From Candidatus Aldehydirespirator sp. (GTDB lineage Bacteria; Actinomycetota; Acidimicrobiia; Acidimicrobiales; Aldehydirespiratoraceae), in contig CBDCSK010000015.1 of NCBI GenBank assembly GCA_965221605.1, positions 595,211 through 659,210 of the forward strand: a stretch of DNA of 64,000 bases, in the 5' to 3' direction. The notes under the pieces were generated by a model. That model had not been told where the DNA came from, made no database searches, and worked only from the letters and a program-made list of their open reading frames with translations. Both the position numbers and the translations under genes were made by a program. This document shows positions 10,356 to 18,299 of this stretch, piece after piece. Position 1 is the first letter of the stretch; every line of letters begins with the position of its first letter.

Positions 10356-11359
10356 GCCGAGGCCTCCTCAAGGTTGGCGCTCGCGAGTTCTAGCAGCAGT
10401 GCGGCGGCCTCATCCCGCAGCGGCTCAGCCACGCGGTCGGCGAATGTGGCATCTGTACGGTCGAGCACGGCCTTCTTGCGGCCCGCGACCCAGGGTCGTG
10501 ATCGTCCGAGCCGCTCGGCGATGGCGTTGTCGGACTGGCCTTGCGCCTTGCAGACGAGCACCGTCAGGTCCTGAGCAGTCATCGACTCCACGAGATCCTG
10601 CACCGCCGATTCCATGTCTTGTCGCTCGATTCTGTCGGTGGCGTCCGGGACGCTTGAGGCTCTTTCGGCCAAGTCGTCGCCCTCAACAGATACAAGGGAC
10701 GCTGGAAGCCATGCTGCAAGGAGAATCCTGAAGACTCTGGCTAGATCGGCTTCGAAGACGCCACCGGCTTCGTCGATCACGGCAAGCAGTACCTCTTGTA
10801 GCGCACCCGGCGAATACGCCATCGAGGCCCGCTCTGCGCCCTCGCGTTCGACAAGCCTTGGAACTCGGTGGGCGGCCGCCGCGGCGGCACGCAGTTCCGC
10901 GTCGTCCAATGTTCGAGGCACGCCGGGCACGCCGGGCTCGTCGGCCCGGGTGATCCACTGCTGTCCCTTCTCGAATTGCACCCTGAACGGTGGCTGAGAG
11001 GCCATCTGGCGGACCCGGCCCATCAGCCGGTCGACGACGGTCGCGGAGCGACGGCGCCACAAAGCTCGCTTCACGTTGCGGGTGAGCAGTCTCCGGACAT
11101 CTTCAGCGCTGTCGGCCACCGTGAAGATGTAGTCGATCTGCCCCTCCTCGATCAGCAACTCCGTGGCCGTCTGCTGAGCGAGCTCTTCGACGGAGGCGTT
11201 GTCCCACGGCGCGCCCTGGTTGTACTCCGCGGGCCGGTAGCGCCGCCCCACCATCCCCGACAGTTCGACGGTCAGGGCCCAGATGAGCGGACCGATCCTC
11301 TCCTCTTCGTACTCCCGGCGCAGTTCGCCGAAGCCGATGGGCCGGCCCGCCGGGGTCAT
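10352..11359 (-). CDS. Sigma-70 region-4 / LuxR-type HTH protein
   Basis: 335 aa. C-terminal LTVLVCKAQGQSDNAIAERLGRSRPWVAGRKKAVL fits the region 4.2/LuxR HTH pattern. ATGA overlaps at both ends. Confidence 0.55.
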   Translation of the reverse strand: MTPAGRPIGFGELRREYEEERIGPLIWALTVELSGMVGRRYRPAEYNQGAPWDNASVEELAQQTATELLIEEGQIDYIFTVADSAEDVRRLLTRNVKRALWRRRSATVVDRLMGRVRQMASQPPFRVQFEKGQQWITRADEPGVPGVPRTLDDAELRAAAAAAHRVPRLVEREGAERASMAYSPGALQEVLLAVIDEAGGVFEADLARVFRILLAAWLPASLVSVEGDDLAERASSVPDATDRIERQDMESAVQDLVESMTAQDLTVLVCKAQGQSDNAIAERLGRSRPWVAGRKKAVLDRTDATFADRVAEPLRDEAAALLLELASANLEEASA

Positions 11360-11733
11360 GGCCTCATCCTCCTGCGAACCTCGACGAGCAGCGACGAATC
11401 CTCTGGTTCCTCGCAGGAGTAGGACTCGTCGTTCAGGTGCTCAAGGTCTACGGCCACGGGAACGGCCAGTATCACCCCACCGCGTTGGTTGATGCTGCAC
11501 GGGTCCGGTGGGTCGTGGCGATGGGCGTCATGTCTAAATCCGCCGGGCTTTGTCGAGCGCGGGAATAGGACTGCGTCTGGACCGAGGCGCGTGGCCAGCA
11601 TCACCGGCCGGTCCTTCCCTCGGTCGAACGGCCTACCCCGCCTTGTTAGAGCCTTGTCTCCGGGCACGCAGAACCACGACCCAATCGGGTACTCGTAGCC
11701 GAGTTGCGCTCGCACCGCATCCCACCCTCGCAT
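11356..11733 (-). CDS. Putative PemK/MazF-fold toxin-like protein
   Basis: C-terminal 125 aa of ORF 11356..12042, from MRGWDAV. GSWFCVPGD...GKDRPVMLATRLGPDAVLFPRSTK resembles the MazF pattern (G..v.v....RPvlVl...v.v.P.T). The start is uncertain. Confidence 0.4.
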   Translation of the reverse strand: MRGWDAVRAQLGYEYPIGSWFCVPGDKALTRRGRPFDRGKDRPVMLATRLGPDAVLFPRSTKPGGFRHDAHRHDPPDPCSINQRGGVILAVPVAVDLEHLNDESYSCEEPEDSSLLVEVRRRMRP

Positions 11734-11762
11734 CAAAGGCAGTCCCCGGGTGCGGGAGAACG

Positions 11763-11984
11763 GGCCCGCTTCGTCGGCGTTGACGGCATGAGCTACGACT
11801 CCCGAGGCGGCCTCATGGCCGCCTTGCGACCTGCCCGGCGGGAATTCGGCGGGTAGAGAATCTTGGCTCTGGTGAGATCCAGGTCGGTGGTCTCCACCTC
11901 TTTGGCGGTTTGCTCGATGTCGGCATCGGTGAGCACGCGCCCAGTGCGGGTGCGATAGGTCCTCGGCTCTGTGGACTCTGTCAT
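11763..11984. repeat. Right copy of the ~220 bp direct repeat bracketing the island
   Basis: See 7313..7531. Contains a relic of the ycaQ-like 3' end (..RFVGVDGMSYDSRGGLMAALRPARREFGG*) on the plus strand. Confidence 0.85.
11793..11984 (-). CDS. Small RHH/CopG-antitoxin-like protein, first gene of the island operon (paralog of 7343..7531)
   Basis: 63 aa from MTESTEPRTYRTRTGRVLTDADIEQTAKEVETTDLD. Preceded by an AT-rich promoter-like tract. Confidence 0.5.
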   Translation of the reverse strand: MTESTEPRTYRTRTGRVLTDADIEQTAKEVETTDLDLTRAKILYPPNSRRAGRKAAMRPPRES

Positions 11985-12027
11985 ATGGGTGGACGCTGCC
12001 TCGGAAGATGGCTGAAGTACATACACA

Positions 12028-12057
12028 TAAATACATGAACAATTACCAAGAATACAA
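12028..12057 (-). promoter_or_regulatory. Candidate sigma-70-type promoter for the island operon
   Basis: Minus strand reads TTGTAT (12057-12052), an 18-nt spacer, then TATTTA (12033-12028), inside a strongly AT-rich tract (12010-12060) in an otherwise GC-rich context. Confidence 0.3.
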
Positions 12058-12108
12058 CCTTCATTCTCTTGGTCCTGGAATCGATGCGCCGCGGCTAGCG
12101 TTTAGGCG

Positions 12109-12444
12109 ATGAGCGTTGCCGTTGAGCCTTCCGATCTGGCGTCGGTTGCGGCCGACCATGGGCCGACGGCCTTCGTGCTCACGGTGGGCGACGACGGGCG
12201 GACCCGGGTCATTCACGTGAAGGTCGACATTGACGCAGAGGGCGTTGTCCGGACCGTCGTCGGCAGGGGAGCGGCCGCCAACGCAGTGGCCCGGCCGGAT
12301 GTGGTCTTGCTGTGGGCGCCCGCGGCCGATGGCTTCAGCCTCATCGCCGACGGGGTGGCCTCGGTCGACGGTGAGCCGCGGCCCGACACGCCGGTGACCA
12401 TCGAGGTCTTCTCGGCGGTCAGGCACCGCCCCGCCCCGGTCTGA
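12109..12444 (+). CDS. Pyridoxamine 5'-phosphate oxidase-family (split-barrel) small protein
   Basis: 111 aa. Pattern TAFVLTVGDDGRTRVIHV...IEVFSAVRHRP is typical of the PNPOx-like family. Confidence 0.5.
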   Translation: MSVAVEPSDLASVAADHGPTAFVLTVGDDGRTRVIHVKVDIDAEGVVRTVVGRGAAANAVARPDVVLLWAPAADGFSLIADGVASVDGEPRPDTPVTIEVFSAVRHRPAPV

Positions 12445-12454
12445 GCCGGCTCCC

Positions 12455-12955
12455 ATGTCGTTCGTGATCAGGCGGCCGGCCGCCCGCTGCGTGCTGCTCG
12501 ACGGTGCCGGGCGGATATTCCTGATCCGCTCGGAGGATCCGATCGACCCTCACAAGCCGGAGTGGCTCGAGATCCCCGGCGGGGGCGTGGACTTCGGTGA
12601 GGACTCGGCGGCGGCCTGCAAGCGGGAGCTGCACGAGGAGACCGGCATCACCGACGTGCAGATGGGGCCCTGCGTCTGGACCCAGTATGTGGAGTACACC
12701 TTCTGCGGCATGCGCTTCGAATCGAGCGAGCGCATCCATGTGGCCTGGTGCGACGGGGGCGAGTTCCGGCCCTGCGGGCTCGAGGCGCTCGAGGCGGCGG
12801 CTTTCATCGACGCCCGCTGGTGGACACTCGACGAGCTGCTGGCCAACCGCGAGCCCACCGTTCCCGCCCGGCTGCGGGAGTTCCTCCCCGCGCTGGTGGC
12901 CGGAGATCTGGCTGATCCGCCCGTCGACATCTCGCCCGACCTCCCGGCCTCCTGA
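12455..12955 (+). CDS. NUDIX hydrolase
   Basis: Nudix box GGGVDFGEDSAAACKRELHEETGI (GX5EX7REUXEEXGU). Confidence 0.85.
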   Translation: MSFVIRRPAARCVLLDGAGRIFLIRSEDPIDPHKPEWLEIPGGGVDFGEDSAAACKRELHEETGITDVQMGPCVWTQYVEYTFCGMRFESSERIHVAWCDGGEFRPCGLEALEAAAFIDARWWTLDELLANREPTVPARLREFLPALVAGDLADPPVDISPDLPAS

Positions 12956-13003
12956 CGGTTACTGGACCGGGGCCACCAGTCGTCGTCGGCGACTTGGCTG
13001 GGG

Positions 13004-13264
13004 CTACCAGTCGTCGGCCCGGTCGGCCCGGTCGGCCGCCCGCACGCCGTAGCTGATGATGATCGACGGCAGCAGCAGCACGGAGCCGACCAGCAGCGAG
13101 ACGGTTGCGACCGTGGCCGGTGCGGTGGTGAAGCCGGTCGCCAAGCCCACCGCGAACGCGGCCAGCGACAGGCCGTACAACCCGTATCCCGCCCGTTTGC
13201 CGGTGGCCGACCAGCGGGCCAGCTGGCGCCGACGGGCCAGGACCGGATCGTTGGGGTCCGTCAT
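13004..13264 (-). CDS. Small membrane protein (two predicted TM helices)
   Basis: 86 aa from MTDPNDPVLARRRQLA. Hydrophobic stretches GLYGLSLAAFAVGLATGF and VATVSLLVGSVLLLPSIIISY. ATGA overlap with the upstream gene. Confidence 0.5.
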   Translation of the reverse strand: MTDPNDPVLARRRQLARWSATGKRAGYGLYGLSLAAFAVGLATGFTTAPATVATVSLLVGSVLLLPSIIISYGVRAADRADRADDW

Positions 13265-13923
13265 CGGGCCGTGCCCCGGGCCGACTCCGACATTGGCAGG
13301 TCGTCGGTGTGGTACAGCCAGCAGTGAACGCCCCGGTAGCGGGCCTCCTCGTGCTCGAAATTGGTGCGATTGGGCGTGAACACCGCGATCTCGAACACGG
13401 ACAGTTCGTAGGTCTCTCCCACGAAAGCCTCGAACTGCTCGTAGCACACTCGCAGCGCGAAGCCGCGAACGGCGTCGTCGCCCGGGTAGACGGTCGGATG
13501 GGCCGCGTCCAGCTCGAAGGTGTGGTACACCTCGGCCCAGTGGGACTGATCGCAGCCGACCCGGGCCGTGATCGCCAGCCGGCGGCCCGATTGCAGTCCC
13601 TCCAGCCGGTTGAAGCAGTCGCCCTCGACCAGGCTGTACTCGCTGATGATCTCACCGGGGATGTCCAGCGGGTCTATCGGCCCCAGTTCGTCGGGTTCGT
13701 CCGTGCTCTCGCTTCCGCCGGAGGGGGCGGACTCAGAATCCTCGACGGTCCCGCTCTCCGCCGGCAGCCCCACCACGTCAGTGGCGGCCGCGTTGTCGGA
13801 TGCCGCTACGGCTGCGGCCGGGTCGAACACCTCCTCGACGGCCCGTTCGGGCCCGCCGCTGCAGGCGGCCAGCAGAGCAACGCCGGCGACGACGCCCGCC
13901 AGGTGGCCCGGAGCAAGTCCCAT
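13261..13923 (-). CDS. Secreted lipoprotein (septum-formation-family-like Cys-rich domain)
   Basis: Lipobox LLAAC at residues 17-21, a low-complexity acidic linker, then conserved Cys/His pattern (GDCF...VGCDQSHWAEVY...CWLY). Confidence 0.65.
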   Translation of the reverse strand: MGLAPGHLAGVVAGVALLAACSGGPERAVEEVFDPAAAVAASDNAAATDVVGLPAESGTVEDSESAPSGGSESTDEPDELGPIDPLDIPGEIISEYSLVEGDCFNRLEGLQSGRRLAITARVGCDQSHWAEVYHTFELDAAHPTVYPGDDAVRGFALRVCYEQFEAFVGETYELSVFEIAVFTPNRTNFEHEEARYRGVHCWLYHTDDLPMSESARGTAR

Positions 13924-14002
13924 TCAGACGGAGGCTAGGGGATGGTGACGGTCATCTCGCCCGATCTCCCTAGAGGCCGAGCGGATAGGCGGGACAACGC
14001 GG

Positions 14003-14063
14003 CCCATACGGCGCGAGGCCGTGGCCCGAGCGGCCCGTGAGCGCAGCGAACAAGAGCGGGAAT
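14003..14063 (-). repeat. Interspersed ~60 nt intergenic repeat, copy 2 (inverted)
   Basis: Its reverse complement matches 3187-3247 with only a few mismatches. It lies between the divergent lipoprotein and aquaporin genes. Confidence 0.8.
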
Positions 14064-14122
14064 GACACCGCTGCGACGCGACAGGCTCTCGCCTATCCGC
14101 GTGGCCCCTACAGTGATGCGCC

Positions 14123-14782
14123 GTGCGGTTGAGGGCACTGTTGGGCGAGTTCATCGGGACGGCCTTCCTGCTCGCGGGCGTAGTCGGCTCGGGCATCATG
14201 GCCGAACGTCTCAGCAGCGACATCGGCGTGGTGCTGCTGGCCAACGCGGCGGCCACCGCCGGGGTGCTGCTCATCATCATCTACATGTTCGCTCCGGTCT
14301 CGGGAGCGCACTTCAACCCGGTGGTGACGCTGACCGAGGCCGCCCTGGGCGACCGGCGCTGGGCCGAGGTCCTTCCCTACATCGTGACCCAGGTGGCCGG
14401 CGGGGTGTTCGGCACCGTCCTGGCGAACCTGATGTTCGATCTCGACGCGGTGAACATCTCCACCAAGGCCCGCGACGGCGCCCATCTGTGGCTGGCGGAG
14501 GTGGTGGCCACCTACGGCCTGGTGCTGGTGGTGTTCATGCTCGTGCGCAGCGGCCGCTCGCAGCTGGTGGCCGGGGCGGTGGCCGCCTACATCGGCGCGG
14601 CCTACTGGTTCACGTCGTCCACCTCCTTCGCCAATCCTGCGGTCACTGCGGCCCGGACGCTGTCGGACACCTTCGCCGGCATCGATCCCGCTTCGGCGCC
14701 GATGTTCGTGGTGATGCAACTCGCCGGCGCCGCGCTGGCCTGGGCCACGGTACGGCTCATGTACCCGACGGCAGCCCCGTAG
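14123..14782 (+). CDS. MIP/aquaporin family channel
   Basis: 219 aa, GTG start. Two NPx boxes (HFNPVVT and FANPAVT) and six hydrophobic segments. Confidence 0.9.
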   Translation: MRLRALLGEFIGTAFLLAGVVGSGIMAERLSSDIGVVLLANAAATAGVLLIIIYMFAPVSGAHFNPVVTLTEAALGDRRWAEVLPYIVTQVAGGVFGTVLANLMFDLDAVNISTKARDGAHLWLAEVVATYGLVLVVFMLVRSGRSQLVAGAVAAYIGAAYWFTSSTSFANPAVTAARTLSDTFAGIDPASAPMFVVMQLAGAALAWATVRLMYPTAAP

Positions 14783-14819
14783 AGTGGCAGGGCTGAACCC
14801 GCATTCCGAGGGGAGCCCG

Positions 14820-16013
14820 ATGACTGAGGTGGGGTTCGCCGCCTTCGATGCCGACAACCACTACTACGAGGCGACCGACGCCTTCATCCGCCACGTCGAC
14901 CCCAGGATGCACAAGCGGTGCATGCAGTGGGCCACCGTCGACGGGCGCGAGCGCCTGCTGGTGGCGGGTCGGGTCAACCGCTTCATACCCAACCCCACCT
15001 TCGACCCGGTGGCCCGGCCCGGCTGTCTCGACGACTACTTCCGGGGCCGGATCGCGGCCGCCGACATGCGCGAGGCCTTCGGGAAGCTCGAGCCGATCTC
15101 GGCCGCCTACCGCAACCGCGACGCCCGCATCGAGTTGCTGGACGCGCAGGGTCTGCGGGGCTGCTTCCTGTTCCCGACGCTGGGCGTGGGGATGGAGGCC
15201 GCCCTCGAGCACGACGTGGACGCCCTGACGGCGGCCTTCGGGGGCTTCAACCGCTGGCTGGCCGACGACTGGGGGTTCTCCTACCGCGGCAGGCTCTTCG
15301 CGGCCGGGTACCTGACGCTGGCCGACCCCGACTGGGCCCTCGACGAGCTCGACTGGCTGATCGCCAACGACGTGCGAGTGGTCAACGTGAGGCCCTCGTC
15401 GGTGCCTGACGGCGCCGGCGGCCGGCGGTCGCTGGGCCACCCCGCCCACGAGCCGGTGTGGCAGCGGCTGAACGAGCACGGCATCACGGTGGCCATGCAC
15501 TCCGGCGACTCCGGGTACGGCTTCGTGCTGGAGCACTGGGGCGTCAACAGCGAGTTCGAGTCGTTCCGGTACAACGCCCTCAAGAGCCTGATCACCTACT
15601 CGCCCATCTCCGACGCGCTGGCCTCTCTGCTGGCCGAGGGCGTGCTTAGCCGGCACCGCAACCTGCGGGTCGCGACCATCGAGACCGGCTCGGAGTGGGT
15701 GTGGCCCTTCGCCAAGAAGCTGACCAAGACCTACAGCCAGCAGAGCCACGCCTTCGAGGAGGATCCCCTGGAGGTGTTCCGCCGCCAGGTGTGGGTGTCC
15801 CCGTACTACGAGGACGACCTGCTGGCGCTGCGCGACCTGATCGGCGCCGACCACATGCTGTTCGGATCGGACTTCCCCCATGCCGAGGGCCTGGCCGACC
15901 CGGTGTCGTTCGTGGACGACCTCGACGGCTTCAGCGACGACGAGATCGAGTTGGTGATGCGCACCAACGGGCTGTCGCTCACCGAACGGGCCGCGGTCGG
16001 GGCGGCCCGCTAG
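14820..16013 (+). CDS. Amidohydrolase-2 family metal-dependent hydrolase
   Basis: In ORF 14784..16013. ATG 14820 is preceded by GAGGGGAG. N-terminal FDADNHYYE and C-terminal LFGSDFPHAEG motifs are typical of PF04909-type amidohydrolases. Confidence 0.8.
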   Translation: MTEVGFAAFDADNHYYEATDAFIRHVDPRMHKRCMQWATVDGRERLLVAGRVNRFIPNPTFDPVARPGCLDDYFRGRIAAADMREAFGKLEPISAAYRNRDARIELLDAQGLRGCFLFPTLGVGMEAALEHDVDALTAAFGGFNRWLADDWGFSYRGRLFAAGYLTLADPDWALDELDWLIANDVRVVNVRPSSVPDGAGGRRSLGHPAHEPVWQRLNEHGITVAMHSGDSGYGFVLEHWGVNSEFESFRYNALKSLITYSPISDALASLLAEGVLSRHRNLRVATIETGSEWVWPFAKKLTKTYSQQSHAFEEDPLEVFRRQVWVSPYYEDDLLALRDLIGADHMLFGSDFPHAEGLADPVSFVDDLDGFSDDEIELVMRTNGLSLTERAAVGAAR

Positions 16014-16036
16014 GGGCACCCGGATCCGATCCGGCA

Positions 16037-16651
16037 GTGAGCGCGGCTACGACCGTCGGCGCCGACGGCCGGGTGCGGTGCTGGTGGCCCGGCGACGACG
16101 AGGCCTACGTCGCCTACCACGACACGGAGTGGGGACGGCCGGTCACCGACGACGACCGGTTGTTCGAGAAGCTTTGCCTGGAAGGGTTCCAGTCCGGCCT
16201 GTCGTGGCTCACGATCCTGCGCAAGCGTGAGAACTTCCGGGCCGCCTTCGCCAACTTCGACATCGCCGCCGTGGCCGCCTTCGGACCCGCAGACGTGGAG
16301 CGCCTGCTGGGTGACGCCGGGATCGTGCGCCACCGGGGCAAGATCGAATCGACCGTCAACAACGCCCGCCGGGCCGTCGAGGTGATCGACGAGTTCGGCT
16401 CGCTCGGGGCCTACGTGTGGGGCTTCGAACCGTCCGCGGCGGAGCCGCCGCCGACCGGCAAGGACTCGCTCCCGGCGACCACGCCCGAGTCCGCGGCGCT
16501 GGCCAAGGATCTGAAGCGCCGGGGGTGGAGCTTCGTGGGCCCCACCACCGTGTACGCCTTCATGCAGTCGATGGGCCTGGTCAACGACCACATCGACGGC
16601 TGCTTCGCCCGCTCGCGGTGCGCCGCCATGGCCCGCCCAGGCCCCCACTGA
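16037..16651 (+). CDS. tag: DNA-3-methyladenine glycosylase I
   Basis: GTG start, in frame within ORF 15695..16651. Hallmarks: RCWWPGDDEAYVAYHDTEWG, EGFQSGLSW, GPTTVYAFMQSMGLVNDH. Confidence 0.9.
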   Translation: MSAATTVGADGRVRCWWPGDDEAYVAYHDTEWGRPVTDDDRLFEKLCLEGFQSGLSWLTILRKRENFRAAFANFDIAAVAAFGPADVERLLGDAGIVRHRGKIESTVNNARRAVEVIDEFGSLGAYVWGFEPSAAEPPPTGKDSLPATTPESAALAKDLKRRGWSFVGPTTVYAFMQSMGLVNDHIDGCFARSRCAAMARPGPH

Positions 16652-16692
16652 GGGCCGCTCGGGCCACGGCCTCGCCGTCGGTTCGCGATCCA
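16648..16692 (+). repeat. Interspersed repeat, partial copy 3
   Basis: GGGCCGCTCGGGCCACGGCCTCG plus flanking similarity to copy 1, located directly after the tag stop codon. Confidence 0.6.
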
Positions 16693-16746
16693 GGCTGAGA
16701 AGGTGCGAGGCTCCGATCGGATGCGGCTTGTGGGCTGAAGCGGGGT

Positions 16747-18030
16747 TCAGGGGCCGAGGAGGGCGGCGGGCACCACCGCGATGCCGTCTCGCCGGCGGTA
16801 GGCCTCCGACCCGGTGGTGACTACGACCGCGTCCGCCAACTCGCTGCTGATCTCGTGTCGCAGCCAGTGGAGGTGCCGCACGTCGTGATCCTGGACGACC
16901 TGCGACAGCTTCGCTTCGACGGCGACAACGCGCCCGTCGTGGCCGGTGACGATGAAGTCGATCTCGCGCTTGCCGCCCCACTGGCGCAGATGGCCGACCG
17001 ACGCCTCCGCGAGTTGCGCGTAGACCCTCAGGTTCAACGCCACCAACGACTCGAACAAGGCGCCTAGCAGCGTGCCGTGGCGCGGCACCGATGGCCCGTT
17101 CGACCTCCCGTCCAGCAGCATGTCGGCATCGACTCGAAGGAGCTGGGCGGCTAGGGCGGGGTCGGCCATGAAGTGTTTGGGTCCTGTAGTAAGTCGGGCG
17201 AGTTGGTTGCGAGTGGGTGCCCAAGCAACAAGCGGGTCGACGATGTAGAGCCTCTCGAGGGTGTCCAGGTACGGCGTGGCCGCCTTGCGGCTGGGCTTGT
17301 CGCCCTGGCCGCTGGTGGCGGCGTCTCTGATCTTCTCGAACGATGCGGTAGTGCCCGTGGCCGCTGCATAGGCCGCTAGCCAGCGACGCAGCGCGCTGGG
17401 ATTACGGATATCGCGACCCGACTCCGCAATGTCGCGTTCGACAATCCGGTTGACGTAGCCGCCGAGCGAGGCCCGCCGCGCCGGCGGCGACAAGCGGCGC
17501 GTCGCAGGGAAGCCGCTCTTGAGCACCTCCTCCACATAGTCCGCGAGGCGCGCCTCGGTGCGCCCGGCGATTTCCGGGCGTTGCCCGCTCAGCAGCGCGC
17601 CGAGGCTTACTGTCGTCTTGGCCCACAGTTCGGTGTCGCGTCTCTCGCACAGCGCCAGAGGCCGCATCCTTACCCCTACGATGCGACCCGCGCCGCTGTG
17701 GGTGGGCAGGGTTGCCGGTGGTGCCGAGCCGGCCAGCAGGAACCTTTCCGGCTCCGGGTTGGCGTCCACGGCCCTGCGGACCAGGTCCCATATGGCGGGC
17801 AGTCTCTGCCATTCATCCACCGCCACGGGCGGAGGCGCTTCGATCACGCGTCGCGGGTCGGCTGCGACGGCCTCGCGAACGGAGGCATCGTCGAGGTCGA
17901 AGCGCGAGGATGCTCGCCTCAGTGCGGTCGTGGTCTTGCCGACAGCCCGCGGACCCTCTAGGCAGATGGCGGGCAGTTCGGCAAGCTCGTCGAGTTCGTC
18001 GTCGACGATCCGCGGCCAATACTCGGTCAT
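16747..18030 (-). CDS. AAA_14 / DUF4143-type ATPase (paralog 1)
   Basis: 427 aa. Walker A GPRAVGKTT, Walker B-like VAVDEWQ. C-terminal KREIDFIV....AVEAKL (DUF4143-like). Similar architecture to 43071..44363 and 45137..46390. Confidence 0.85.
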   Translation of the reverse strand: MTEYWPRIVDDELDELAELPAICLEGPRAVGKTTTALRRASSRFDLDDASVREAVAADPRRVIEAPPPVAVDEWQRLPAIWDLVRRAVDANPEPERFLLAGSAPPATLPTHSGAGRIVGVRMRPLALCERRDTELWAKTTVSLGALLSGQRPEIAGRTEARLADYVEEVLKSGFPATRRLSPPARRASLGGYVNRIVERDIAESGRDIRNPSALRRWLAAYAAATGTTASFEKIRDAATSGQGDKPSRKAATPYLDTLERLYIVDPLVAWAPTRNQLARLTTGPKHFMADPALAAQLLRVDADMLLDGRSNGPSVPRHGTLLGALFESLVALNLRVYAQLAEASVGHLRQWGGKREIDFIVTGHDGRVVAVEAKLSQVVQDHDVRHLHWLRHEISSELADAVVVTTGSEAYRRRDGIAVVPAALLGP

Positions 18031-18132
18031 CCCGGCCTCGAATCGGGGTGCTCGTTGCCGTCGTCGCTCGCGGCCGACGCCTGGCGAAGCAGCCCAGATC
18101 CCTCGAGGGTACTGTCGCTCACACTCCTAGGG

Positions 18133-18215
18133 TACAAGTCCTCTCGTCTCCAGAGTGCAATTTCTCATACCGCTAGGATGCAGTTTCTCGTAGTTCTAGG
18201 ATGCAATTTATCACG
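18133..18215. repeat. AT-rich array of 23-bp-phased TGCA-core direct repeats in the intergenic region 5' of ATPase paralog 1
   Basis: Cores at 18133 (TACA), 18156, 18179 and 18202: GTGCAATTTCTCA / ATGCAGTTTCTCG / ATGCAATTTATCA. Confidence 0.7.
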
Positions 18216-18299
18216 AGTCTGGGATACTGAGGGACTGGTCACAGGGGGTGGACGACGGCGTTGACGACGGCGGTCGCGGCTTGATCGGTCTGGTGGTCC

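Noticed and set aside
7313-12060. tRNA or integrase-associated att site for the 7.5-11.8 kb island, and likewise for the 23.8-24.5 kb cassette.
   Set aside because: I recognised no tRNA-like sequence (no GGTTCGAATCC-type T-arm, no cloverleaf) and no integrase or recombinase ORF in or beside either island. The insertion mechanism is left open.
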